DNA from: an uncultured Clostridia bacterium
GTDB taxonomy: Bacteria > Bacillota > Clostridia > TANB77 > CAG-508
Direction of reading: 5' to 3'
NCBI GenBank assembly: GCA_944386325.1
Contig: CALXAP010000001.1
Location: 38,610-102,609, forward strand
Length of the DNA: 64,000 nt
Shown here in pieces: positions 49,022-59,152 of the stretch (position 1 is the first letter of the stretch; each line of letters opens with the position of its first letter). The translations under genes and the position numbers were made by a program. A model generated the notes under the pieces. That model saw nothing but the letters and a program-made list of their open reading frames with translations, was not told where the DNA came from and did not search any database.

Positions 49022-50806
49022 ATGGAGAATAAGAAAAATCAAAATAATCAAAAAAAGTATTTTATTATAGGAATTATTGTATTGATTGTGTTAGTTGCAA
49101 TATCTGTTGTACTAGGGGTATTTTTAAGTAAAAATGAAAAGAAAGATGATATACCATATACAGAATTAATTAATCAAATTGATGCTGGTAATGTAGAAAA
49201 GATAGAGATGACAACAGGAAGTCAAACAATTAAAGTAAAATATAAAGGAGAAGAAGAGGAAAGAACTGCAGTTGTACCTAATGTACAAGTATTTATGGAA
49301 TTAGTGCAACAGAAAGCATTAGAAGATGAAAATATAATTAACTTAGAGCAAAAGCCAGTAAATCCTGTAAAGCAAATTTTCTCTGCTATTTTTGCTTACT
49401 TACCTACAATTCTAATAATTATTTTATTTGTTTTATTGTTAAAAATGCAAGGCTTAGGTGAAAAAGGAAAAGTATATACAGGTGAAGAAAACAGGACAAA
49501 TGTTACATTTGACGATGTAGCTGGTTTAGACGAAGAAAAAAATGAAATGATAGAAATTGTAGATTTCTTAAAAGAACCAAAGAAATTTCAAGAAATGGGT
49601 GCAAAGGTGCCAAGAGGTATACTGCTTTGTGGTAAACCAGGAACAGGTAAAACATTAATAGCAAAAGCGATTGCAGGAGAAGCAAAGGTTCCATTTATTT
49701 CAATGAGTGGATCAGAATTTATTGAAATGTTTGCTGGATTAGGAGCATCAAGAGTTAGAAAATTATTTGAAAAAGCAAAGAAGATTTCACCATGTATTGT
49801 TTTTATAGATGAAATTGATGCAATAGGTTCTAGAAGAACAAGCTCAAGTGGTGCAGAATCTGAAAATAACCAGACTTTGAATCAATTGCTAGTAGAAATG
49901 GATGGATTTGAATCAGATAAAACTGTTATTGTACTTGCAGCTACAAATAGACCAGAAATGCTAGATAAAGCATTATTAAGACCAGGTAGATTTGATAGAC
50001 AGATAGTTATTGCAGCACCTGATTTAAAGGGAAGAGAAGAGATATTAAAAATACATGGCAAAAATAAAAAGTTTGCAAGTGATATAAATTTTGCAGATAT
50101 CGCATCAGATACTGCTGGATTTACAGGAGCAGAGCTAGAGAATGTTTTAAATGAATCTGCAATTATAGCAACAAGAAAAAAACATAGTGAAATAACAAAA
50201 CAAGATTTAGAAGATGCTGTTAAAAAAGTTACAGTGGGTATAGAAAAACATAGTAGAGTAGTATCTGATAAAGATAAGAAATTAACAGCATATCATGAAG
50301 CTGGACATGCAGTTGTAAGTAAGTTTTTACCTACACAAATGGGAGTAAAAGAAGTGTCAATAATCCCAAGAGGTGTAGCAGGTGGATATACAATGTATAA
50401 GACAAATGAAGATAAATACTATATATCAAAAACAGAAATGGAAGAAAAGATGATCGCATTAATGGGAGGTAGAGCTGCAGAGAAAGTGGCGTTAAATGAT
50501 ATTTCTACAGGTGCAAGTAATGATATAGAAGTAGCAACACAAATTGCAAAAGATATGGTTACTGTATATGGAATGAGTGATAAATTAGGACCAATTTCTT
50601 TAAAATCTGATGAAGATAAATATTCATTTGGATTAGATATAGAAGATGTAGTAGGACAAGAAGTTAGAAAATTAATAGAAATAGCTTATCAAAATGCACA
50701 ATTGATTTTACAAAATAATATGGATATATTAGATAAAGTAGCAGAAAGATTGTTAGAAAAAGAAGTTATATCTGCAGAGGAATTTGATAGTTTTTTTGAA
50801 TCATAA
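49022..50806 (+). CDS. ftsH: ATP-dependent zinc metalloprotease FtsH
   Basis: Walker A GKPGTGKT, second region of homology, HEAGHA zinc site. 594 aa. Confidence 0.9.
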   Translation: MENKKNQNNQKKYFIIGIIVLIVLVAISVVLGVFLSKNEKKDDIPYTELINQIDAGNVEKIEMTTGSQTIKVKYKGEEEERTAVVPNVQVFMELVQQKALEDENIINLEQKPVNPVKQIFSAIFAYLPTILIIILFVLLLKMQGLGEKGKVYTGEENRTNVTFDDVAGLDEEKNEMIEIVDFLKEPKKFQEMGAKVPRGILLCGKPGTGKTLIAKAIAGEAKVPFISMSGSEFIEMFAGLGASRVRKLFEKAKKISPCIVFIDEIDAIGSRRTSSSGAESENNQTLNQLLVEMDGFESDKTVIVLAATNRPEMLDKALLRPGRFDRQIVIAAPDLKGREEILKIHGKNKKFASDINFADIASDTAGFTGAELENVLNESAIIATRKKHSEITKQDLEDAVKKVTVGIEKHSRVVSDKDKKLTAYHEAGHAVVSKFLPTQMGVKEVSIIPRGVAGGYTMYKTNEDKYYISKTEMEEKMIALMGGRAAEKVALNDISTGASNDIEVATQIAKDMVTVYGMSDKLGPISLKSDEDKYSFGLDIEDVVGQEVRKLIEIAYQNAQLILQNNMDILDKVAERLLEKEVISAEEFDSFFES

Positions 50807-50838
50807 GAAAATGCTATTTTCTATTTTCTATATAAAAT

Positions 50839-50857
50839 GGAAGAACACTGTTCTTCC
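50839..50857 (+). terminator. ftsH terminator GGAAGAACACTGTTCTTCC
   Basis: Perfect 8-bp stem followed by ATTTTAT. Confidence 0.55.
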
Positions 50858-50873
50858 ATTTTATATAGAAAAA

Positions 50874-50898
50874 CCCCCAGCTTATTAAAGCTAGGGGG
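50874..50898. terminator. terminator hairpin CCCCCAGCT-tattaa-AGCTAGGGGG (repeat family with 51523-51551)
   Basis: A-run before and T-run after. Near-identical copy 650 nt downstream. Confidence 0.55.
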
Positions 50899-50906
50899 TG
50901 GAGTTT

Positions 50907-51371
50907 TTATATATACAAATAATCTGAAATGGTTTCAAATGAGCCAAGATCAACAGATTGTATATAATTTTCGTTTGAAACAATAAAATATAATAACTCG
51001 AAAATATTGGAGCTGATTATTTTTTTTAAGATTTCATTGCTTTCGATATTGTTTATTGTCAAAGATAATTTGTCGCCTCCTTTCATAGTCGACGCATAAA
51101 GAACAAAAGTAGATTCTTCAAAATTAATGTAATACTGATAAAATTTTTTTTGTTCTTGTTTCAATAAAGTAGTGTTAGCCATGATTTCATTGTAATTTTC
51201 ATTAAAAATATCATCATATTTTTTTGCAAGTTTGATGTTATTTTCAGTTCGTTTATATTCTTCAATAAAAGCATCTTCATCGATGCACTTGTTTTTTTTC
51301 AAAAACAAATCTGAATATTTTTCGAAATCATAAGTGCTCCAATTTTCCCAAGGTTTTACGTAAGCTGTCAT
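50907..51371 (-). CDS. hypothetical small cytoplasmic protein (154 aa), array member 5
   Basis: Own RBS AAGGAG and own terminator. No known domain. Confidence 0.5.
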   Translation of the reverse strand: MTAYVKPWENWSTYDFEKYSDLFLKKNKCIDEDAFIEEYKRTENNIKLAKKYDDIFNENYNEIMANTTLLKQEQKKFYQYYINFEESTFVLYASTMKGGDKLSLTINNIESNEILKKIISSNIFELLYFIVSNENYIQSVDLGSFETISDYLYI

Positions 51372-51522
51372 AAGAATAAACTCCTTTCAAAATAAAACAT
51401 AATGTTTACCTAAATATATTATACCAATATTATGTTAATTAAACAACAATAAATTACTTATACTTATTATAAGTAAAACTTATACATATACATATTATAA
51501 AAAACATATTTTTGATAATAAA

Positions 51523-51551
51523 AAATCCCCCAGCTAATTAAAGCTAGAGGA
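51523..51551. terminator. terminator hairpin, degenerate copy of 50874-50898
   Basis: AAAAATCCCCCAGCTAATTAAAGCTAGAGGAG. Confidence 0.5.
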
Positions 51552-51567
51552 GTGTAATAATAAAAGG

Positions 51568-52029
51568 TTAAACATTATAATCTTCAAGATCATCAAGATT
51601 TAGACTTTCTAAATAATTTCTTGATTCTTCTTCATATTCTTTAAAAAAGAAATCAATGAGATCTAATAAATCATATTTTGTATGTAGAGATATAAAATTA
51701 TATACTCTCTTACCTTTGTTAACAGCCCTATAAAGGGTCTGGTGTAAAATATACCATAACATATCGATGTAATCCTCGATATCATTACCAAAAAGTAGAT
51801 GACTTTTGATAACTTTTTCGTTATCAATCTCTATACCTATTTCTTTTTCTTCTGATTCGTAATTATCAACCATAAAGAAACCGGTTAAAACGTGATAACG
51901 ACCTTTTTGAAGATTAATTAAATCTTCAGTTTTAGCTGAGACAGTCAAATAATCAAATTCATGACTGTTCTCTAAATTAATAGTTGGATAACTGTTTAAT
52001 AATGCATATAAATCTTTTCTTTGTAACAT
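51568..52029 (-). CDS. hypothetical small acidic cytoplasmic protein (153 aa), array member 4
   Basis: RBS AAAGGAG. No known domain. Confidence 0.5.
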   Translation of the reverse strand: MLQRKDLYALLNSYPTINLENSHEFDYLTVSAKTEDLINLQKGRYHVLTGFFMVDNYESEEKEIGIEIDNEKVIKSHLLFGNDIEDYIDMLWYILHQTLYRAVNKGKRVYNFISLHTKYDLLDLIDFFFKEYEEESRNYLESLNLDDLEDYNV

Positions 52030-52240
52030 AGCAATTCTCCTTTTTACAATCTACTAACAACTCTACATAACTATATTATAATACAATTATGTAAAATATA
52101 CAATTATTATTTACTTATATTAATTATTAGATTTACTTATTTTTATAATTATGCATTCTAATCTGCAAAATATAAATTGAAAAGTGTATTTTTTTAGTAT
52201 AACAATAAAATCCTCCAACTTGTTATAGTTGGAGGAAAAA

Positions 52241-52639
52241 TTAAGAATTTATCAAATCGATTAAAAAATTAAATGTTCTTGCATTTAAATAATCAATTTC
52301 TTTAGTGTATTTTTCTAGATAGAAAAATATATTACTAAACATAAATTGATCTTTTTTTATAGCAAATACATTTTCTTTTTCGTTATTTTTATTTATAAAA
52401 ATAAGAAAATAATCTTTACAATCAATATGTGATAGAATTCTTCTATCTTCATTTTCAATAAATTCAATGTCTTGTTCTATAAAATCAATCAGATAATTTA
52501 ATTTCCGTTCAATAGGAACTTCATTTTTACTGAAAAAATAAAGAGCTTGCATTTGCATACCATCATCAAAAAAAATTTTCATTTTTTTAATGTTTTTGCT
52601 GATATAAATTTTCAAATTTTGGTTTAAATCAAATTTCAT
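52241..52639 (-). CDS. hypothetical small protein (132 aa), array member 3
   Basis: RBS AAGGAG. Terminator CCTCCAACT / AGTTGGAGG at 52203-52232. Confidence 0.5.
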   Translation of the reverse strand: MKFDLNQNLKIYISKNIKKMKIFFDDGMQMQALYFFSKNEVPIERKLNYLIDFIEQDIEFIENEDRRILSHIDCKDYFLIFINKNNEKENVFAIKKDQFMFSNIFFYLEKYTKEIDYLNARTFNFLIDLINS

Positions 52640-52942
52640 AAATAAGCACTCCTTATAAATAAAAAATTATTTAATACATATATATTATATAAAAATTATG
52701 TAAACGCGTCAATAGATTTATAATAGTAACTTATTATAATAGATATTAATATAACTTATATTAATGTAAGTTTCAGAAGAAAATAAAATTTAGATTTATT
52801 GTATATAAAATTTCTTTAGTTCTTTTATTGCTTACGATTACTAATACGAAATATATTAATAAAAAAATTTTTTCATATAAAATAATAAAAATCCCTAACT
52901 TATATAAAAGTTAGGGAAAAGTGTGTATGGAATATTACTTAA

Positions 52943-53311
52943 TTAAGTAATATTTTGAGAGTAAATTTGTTCAGAAGCTTTTTTAAAAGTTTCTGATACA
53001 TCAAATAAAATTTTAAATATTACGTTTTCCATAATTCCTTCACTTCTAGACAGAATTTTAAGGAATTTTCTAGAAGAATTTTCTAAACTTTCAATAATAT
53101 TATTGCTAGATAATAATTCTTTCTCGAAGAGTTTTGAAAAAGGAATTAATTTGATGTCAAAATAGTCAACAATTTGACCATTTTTTTCACATAAATAATT
53201 TCCCGCAAAGAATTCACCATCAATAGTTTCAAAACTATTATATGGAGATATTATTTTTCGCTGTAAAATATTATTTAAAATTTCTTTTTCCAATTTAAAT
53301 GTCTTATCCAT
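52943..53311 (-). CDS. hypothetical small protein (122 aa), array member 2
   Basis: RBS AAGGAG. Terminator CCCTAACTT / AAGTTAGGG at 52893-52918. Its stop codon lies inside the 24-bp palindrome AATATTACTTAATTAAGTAATATT. Confidence 0.5.
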   Translation of the reverse strand: MDKTFKLEKEILNNILQRKIISPYNSFETIDGEFFAGNYLCEKNGQIVDYFDIKLIPFSKLFEKELLSSNNIIESLENSSRKFLKILSRSEGIMENVIFKILFDVSETFKKASEQIYSQNIT

Positions 53312-53554
53312 GTTGCATTCTCCTTTGTATTTTTATAATATGATAAAATTTGTATATGTTTATTATAATGTGTTATTGTAAAAATGTCTAATTTATTTTG
53401 CTTATGTTAATTATAAGTATTGCTTGTATATAGAAATAATAAATCTAGTTAATATAAGTTTCAAAAAAGTCGATTTTCCCTATACAATAAAAAAGAATCC
53501 TCAATGTTAAACAAAACATTGAGGATTCAGTATAAATTTTTGGTTTATTTCAAG

Positions 53555-53953
53555 TTAATTACTTGAAATATTAGCAAAGAAAAAATTTTTTAATATATAG
53601 CTGATTTTTTCCTTTGCCTGAATTGTGATAGCTGGTGATGTTATCAAAAGCTCTTCCATCTCCAACAGAAATCTTTTCTTAAATTTATACAAACTTTCAT
53701 TTTTTTTTCTTTTTTTAGAATATTCATAAAGAAAAGATTTTTTTATGAAAGTACTTATATTGTACTTTCTTGTTTTTGTATTGTTCATTGAATTTGTCAA
53801 AAATAAATTTTGACTGTATTCATTATAGGCTATATATCGGTAAAAATACCGATTCTTTTCAGAATTATAACCATTACTATCTACAACTACTCTATTATTG
53901 AGTAATCGTATAATTTTATTAGGATTTAATTCATTGTTGTCGAAATGTTTCAT
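53555..53953 (-). CDS. hypothetical small basic protein (132 aa), array member 1
   Basis: RBS AAGGATG-like. Terminator AATCCTCAATGTT / ACATTGAGGATT at 53498-53531. Confidence 0.5.
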   Translation of the reverse strand: MKHFDNNELNPNKIIRLLNNRVVVDSNGYNSEKNRYFYRYIAYNEYSQNLFLTNSMNNTKTRKYNISTFIKKSFLYEYSKKRKKNESLYKFKKRFLLEMEELLITSPAITIQAKEKISYILKNFFFANISSN

Positions 53954-54130
53954 TTAGTGACATCCTTTCTATAATTATTTAACATATATATTATATTACT
54001 TTTATGTAAACAAGTCAATAAAAACATAAACATAGTATCCGATGTTTTTACATGACTATATTATAAAATATATTGAATTTGTACATAGATTAATATATAA
54101 TCTAAAAAAACGAATGAAGAGGTGTTTATA

Positions 54131-54946
54131 TTGAAAAAGAATGTAATAATTTTTTCTACAATTGGAATAATACTATTAATATTAATTGGAATATGTTGCT
54201 TTATTTTTTTTGATGAAAATCATAAGGTAGCAGTTTTATGCTATCATAATTTAGCAACTGCAGAGGAAATAGCAAATTTTCCAGATGAGAAGGATTGGGT
54301 AATTGATGTTAATAATTTTGAAGAACAACTAAAATATCTAAAAGATCATAATTATAAAACTTTAACTATTGATGAGTTTTATAAATGGAAAAAAGGAGAA
54401 ATAGATATTCCATATAAAAGTGTTTTAATTACTTTTGATGATGGTTTTTTATCTAATTATCATTATGCATTTCCATTACTTAAAAAATATAATATGAATG
54501 CAACTGTTTTTTTAGTTGGAGAATTTATTGATTCTGCAGAGCAAGAAGAGTGGGATGGGAATATTAAAACATATATGACAAAAAATTTATTAGAAAAATC
54601 AAAAATAGAGTATCCTAATATAGATTTTTGTTCACATTCATATGGACTACATTATGAAAATTCTATAAAAGAAAATTCTATTATAAGTATGAAAGATGAC
54701 ACTGTTATATTTGATAATAATATGACAGAAACAAAAGTATTTTCATATCCTTTTGGAGAGTATAATCATAATATAATTGAAGCATTAAAACAAAAAGGAT
54801 ATATAATGGCATTTAGGTATGGTCCAACAAAGGATGATTATAGAAAAGCATCAAGAGATGATGATGATTTTAAAATACCAAGATTAAATATTTCACACGG
54901 AATGGAAATTTGGAAATTTGGTTTGAGATTATTATTACCAAATTAA
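54131..54946 (+). CDS. polysaccharide deacetylase (CE4 NodB-homology domain), N-terminally anchored
   Basis: TFDDG motif (ITFDDGFLSNYHYAFP) and the His-rich second motif. TTG start with GAGGTG RBS. Confidence 0.75.
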   Translation: MKKNVIIFSTIGIILLILIGICCFIFFDENHKVAVLCYHNLATAEEIANFPDEKDWVIDVNNFEEQLKYLKDHNYKTLTIDEFYKWKKGEIDIPYKSVLITFDDGFLSNYHYAFPLLKKYNMNATVFLVGEFIDSAEQEEWDGNIKTYMTKNLLEKSKIEYPNIDFCSHSYGLHYENSIKENSIISMKDDTVIFDNNMTETKVFSYPFGEYNHNIIEALKQKGYIMAFRYGPTKDDYRKASRDDDDFKIPRLNISHGMEIWKFGLRLLLPN

Positions 54947-55051
54947 AAAGTTTAGATTTGTCTAATAAAATTATTTATTAAGAAGATAGTAGGTTTATAG
55001 GTAAAACCTTTATTAAAAACCTAAATATATTATATAGGGAATGTTAGTAAT

Positions 55052-55939
55052 ATGAATATTGAAAAAGTATATTTTAATGCAACAGATGGTTTAGAATTAG
55101 TAGGCTTATTACATAAAGGAGAAAATAAAACAAAGAAAATAATAATTTCCATACATGGTATGACAAGTAATTGTTTAAAAAAAAGAGAAGATGTAATTGC
55201 TAAAAAAGTAACTGATAATGGAATTGATTATTTTGGATTTAATAATAGAGGACATGATGTACATGCTTATTCTGGTAGAATGGAAGGAGACGAATACAAA
55301 AAATTAAATATTGGTACAGCATATGAAGATGTATTAGATTCTATATATGATATAAAAGGTGCAATATTAGAAATGATTTCAAGAGGATATGATGAAATTT
55401 ATTTACAAGGTCATAGCTTAGGTTGCACAAAAATAGTTTATTCATATAATAAATTAAAAAAGGATAATGATGATATATTAAAACATATTAAGGGAATAAT
55501 ATTATTATCTTTGGTGGATATTCCAAAAGCACAAAAGGTATTTTTAGGTGACAATTATGACAATATAATGAATATTGCATTGGAAAATGAAAAAAATAAT
55601 ATGAATAATCTTATGCCAAAAGAATCTTTTATACATCCAATAAGCACAAAAACATATTTGAGATATTTTAGAGATTATGAAGATATAGATTTTGCTAAGT
55701 ATTATGATAAAAATTATGATTATAAAGAATTAAATAATATTAATATTCCATTATTTATGAGATGGGGTAATGTAAATGAAATGATCGAGCAAGATGCAGG
55801 AGATTTAGCTAAAATGCTAAATGAAAAAATAAGAAATAATAAAAAGAATATAAATTATATAGATGGTGCAGACCATGGATATACTGATAAATATGATGTT
55901 TTATCAGATGAAATTTTAGAATTTATAAAAAATAATTAA
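55052..55939 (+). CDS. alpha/beta-fold hydrolase
   Basis: Nucleophile elbow GHSLG. C-terminal GADHGY consistent with the catalytic His region. Confidence 0.6.
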   Translation: MNIEKVYFNATDGLELVGLLHKGENKTKKIIISIHGMTSNCLKKREDVIAKKVTDNGIDYFGFNNRGHDVHAYSGRMEGDEYKKLNIGTAYEDVLDSIYDIKGAILEMISRGYDEIYLQGHSLGCTKIVYSYNKLKKDNDDILKHIKGIILLSLVDIPKAQKVFLGDNYDNIMNIALENEKNNMNNLMPKESFIHPISTKTYLRYFRDYEDIDFAKYYDKNYDYKELNNINIPLFMRWGNVNEMIEQDAGDLAKMLNEKIRNNKKNINYIDGADHGYTDKYDVLSDEILEFIKNN

Positions 55940-56016
55940 TGAAAATGTACTTGCATTAATAAATAATTAGTGATATATTTATAACCAAATTGATAAAAAT
56001 AGGAGGAATACTTTAA

Positions 56017-58786
56017 ATGGGGTTGTTTGGAAATTACAGTAAAAGAGAAGTAAATAGAACTAAACCAATAGTGAAGAAAATTAATAGTTTAGAACCAGAA
56101 ATGGAAAAATTAACAGATAAACAATTATCTGAAAAGACAATTGAATTTAAGGAAAGATTAAATAAAGGTGAAACTTTAGATGATATATTGCCAGAAGTTT
56201 TTGCTGTTTGTAGAGAGGCTTCAAAAAGAGTTTTAGGAATGAGACATTTTGATGTTCAATTAATTGGTGGTATTGTATTACATCAAGGTAGAATTGCTGA
56301 AATGAAAACTGGTGAAGGAAAAACTTTAGTTGCGACATTACCAGTATATCTAAATGCTTTATTAGGTAGAGGAGTACATGTTGTAACAGTAAATGATTAT
56401 TTGGCTAAAAGAGATAGTGAATGGATGGGAAAATTATATAAATTTTTAGGTCTATCTGTTGGACTAGCTATTAGTGGAATGAATCCAAAAGATAAGAAAG
56501 CTGCATATGCTGCTGATATTACATATGGTACAAATAATGAGTTTGGATTTGATTATTTAAGAGATAATATGGTTATATATAAAGAAGATATGGTTCAAAG
56601 ACCATTATATTATGCAATTGTGGACGAGATAGATAGTATATTAATTGATGAAGCTCGTACACCATTGATTATATCAGGTACTTCAAATGAATCTTCAGAT
56701 TTATATACTAGAGCAAATGACTTTGTAAGAAGATTAACTGCAAAAGTATTAGTAGAAGAGGATGTTAAAGATGAAAAGCAAGCAGAAGATAATGAGAATT
56801 ATGATTATATAGTAGATTTAAAAGCTAAATCAGCTTCTTTAACAGGAAAAGGAACACAAAAAGCAGAAGAATTTTTTAAGCTTAAAAACTTAAATGATTT
56901 AGAGAATTCTAATATTGTTCATCATATAAATCAGGCTTTACGTGCACATGGAGTCATGAAAAAAGATATAGATTATATAGTAAAAGATGGAGAAGTTTTA
57001 ATAGTTGATGAATTTACAGGAAGAATTATGTATGGTAGAAGATATAATAATGGTCTTCATCAGGCTATAGAGGCTAAAGAGCATGTTAAAATTGCTAATG
57101 AATCAAAAACATTGGCTAATATTACATTCCAAAATTATTTTAGAATGTATGAAAAATTATCTGGTATGACTGGTACTGCAATGACAGAAGAAGATGAATT
57201 TAATGAAATCTATAAATTGGATGTTGTTGAAATACCTACAAATAAACCAGTAATAAGAAAAGATCATAATGATGTTATATATAAAAATGAAAAGGCGAAA
57301 TTTAAAGCTGTAGCACAAGAGGTTAAAGAAAGCCATGCAAAAGGACAACCAGTATTAATTGGTACAGTTTCTATTGAAAAATCTGAAAAATTAAGTAATG
57401 AATTAAGAAAACAAAATATACCTCACCAAGTATTAAATGCTAAACAACATGAAAGAGAAGCTCAAATAATAGCACAAGCAGGTAAATTTGGTGCTGTTAC
57501 TATTGCTACTAATATGGCTGGTCGTGGTACTGATATTATGCTTGGTGGTAATAGTGAATATTTAGCAGTACAGGAAATGAGAAAAAAAGGTATGTCTGAA
57601 GAGTTAATAACTGCTTCAACTGCCTATAATGAAACAGATGACCAAGAAATATTAAATGCTAGAAAAATGTTCAAAGAATTAGAAAAGAAATATGAAAATG
57701 AAATAAAAGCAGAAAAAGAAAAAGTTATTGCAGCTGGTGGATTAAAGATTATTGGTACTGAAAGACATGAGTCAAGAAGAATTGATAATCAGCTTCGTGG
57801 ACGTAGTGGTCGTCAAGGAGATCCTGGTGAATCTAGATTTTATATTGCTCTTGATGATGATTTAATGAAAATTTTCGGCGGTGACATGGTAACTAAAGTA
57901 TATAATCGTTTAGGTGCAGATGAAGATATGCCACTACAGATGAGAATTTTATCAAATGCTGTTGAATCTGCTCAAAAGAAAGTTGAAGGAAGAAACTTTT
58001 CTATTAGAAAAAATGTACTTCAATATGATGATGTTATGAATGCACAAAGAACTATTATATATGATGAAAGAAAGAAAGTTCTAGATGGAGAAGATTTAAA
58101 GAATAATATATTCAATATGATGGATTCTGTTATAGATATGATTGTAGACACCCATATAAGTGGAGAGGATTCACATCATATTAACAGAGAAGCAATTTCT
58201 ACAGATATTAGAACAAATTTAAATATCGCAAATGTAGAAGCATTGAAAAAAGATAAATTAGATCCAGAAGAAATAAAAAATGAGCTAAAAGAAAAATGTC
58301 ATAAAATTTATAATGAAAAAGAAGAACAAATAGGTACTCCAGAGTTAAGAGAATTAGAAAGAATTGTTATGCTTAAAATAGTAGACAACAAATGGATGGA
58401 TCATATTGATAATATGGATGAATTAAAAAATGGTATTGGTCTTCGTGCATATGGTCAAAAAAATCCAGTTGTTCAATACAGGATGGAAGGATTTGAAATG
58501 TTTGACCAAATGGTAAATGATATAAAAATAGATGTCGTTAAAATACTAATGCATATTCAAAAGAAAGGAAATGCAAAAAGAACACAAACAGTTACAATTA
58601 CAGGTGAAGGATTTGAAGAAGCAGGTAATGCATTAGAAGTTAAAGATGGTGCAAATGGAAAACAAAAAGAAATAAAAGTAGTTCATACACCAATAACAAA
58701 TGCAGAACCAAAAATTGGAAGAAATGAACCTTGCCCTTGTGGCAGCCGGTAAGAAGTACAAGAATTGCTGTGGAAAGAATGCATAG
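56017..58786 (+). CDS. secA: preprotein translocase ATPase SecA; C-terminal Zn-finger tail broken by an extra C at ~58747
   Basis: DEAD-motor motifs throughout. The track ORF ends ...EPCPCGSR* at 58752, and the +1 frame continues [14 protein letters not shown] to 58786. Deleting one C in agcCggtaag restores the canonical [14 protein letters not shown]. Confidence 0.85.
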
Positions 58787-58876
58787 CACATACTGTTAGA
58801 GCATTTTATAAAAAGTAAAAAGACGGTAACAAAGCTATATTGTCAATGAAACTTAAATAAAAATTTATAAAAGCTT

Positions 58877-58925
58877 AAAATTAAAGAAGTGTAACCTAAA
58901 AAAATAGGCGACACTTCTTTTTATA
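58877..58925 (+). terminator. secA terminator
   Basis: AAGAAGTGT ... ACACTTCTT stem with 18-nt loop, followed by TTTT. Confidence 0.45.
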
Positions 58926-58998
58926 TTAGAATTTACAGATTGCCATAACCTAGAATGATATTGATTAAAAAAATAAGAAAATCATGTATATATTTTAC

Positions 58999-59025
58999 AA
59001 TTCGCCAGACACTGTCTAGCGAATT
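58999..59025. promoter_or_regulatory. 27-bp near-perfect palindrome AATTCGCCAGACACTGTCTAGCGAATT (candidate operator upstream of rhuM-like gene)
   Basis: 13-bp arms with one mismatch, read directly from the sequence. About 125 nt upstream of the 59153 start. Confidence 0.45.
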
Positions 59026-59152
59026 AAGAAGATACAATTTATTCTGATGTTACAAATAAGATTATAAATTTTGAATAATTTGTAAAAATGATTGAATAAT
59101 TAATATTTATATGATACAATACAAATGTTCGTGATATTAAAAGGAGGTTTTT

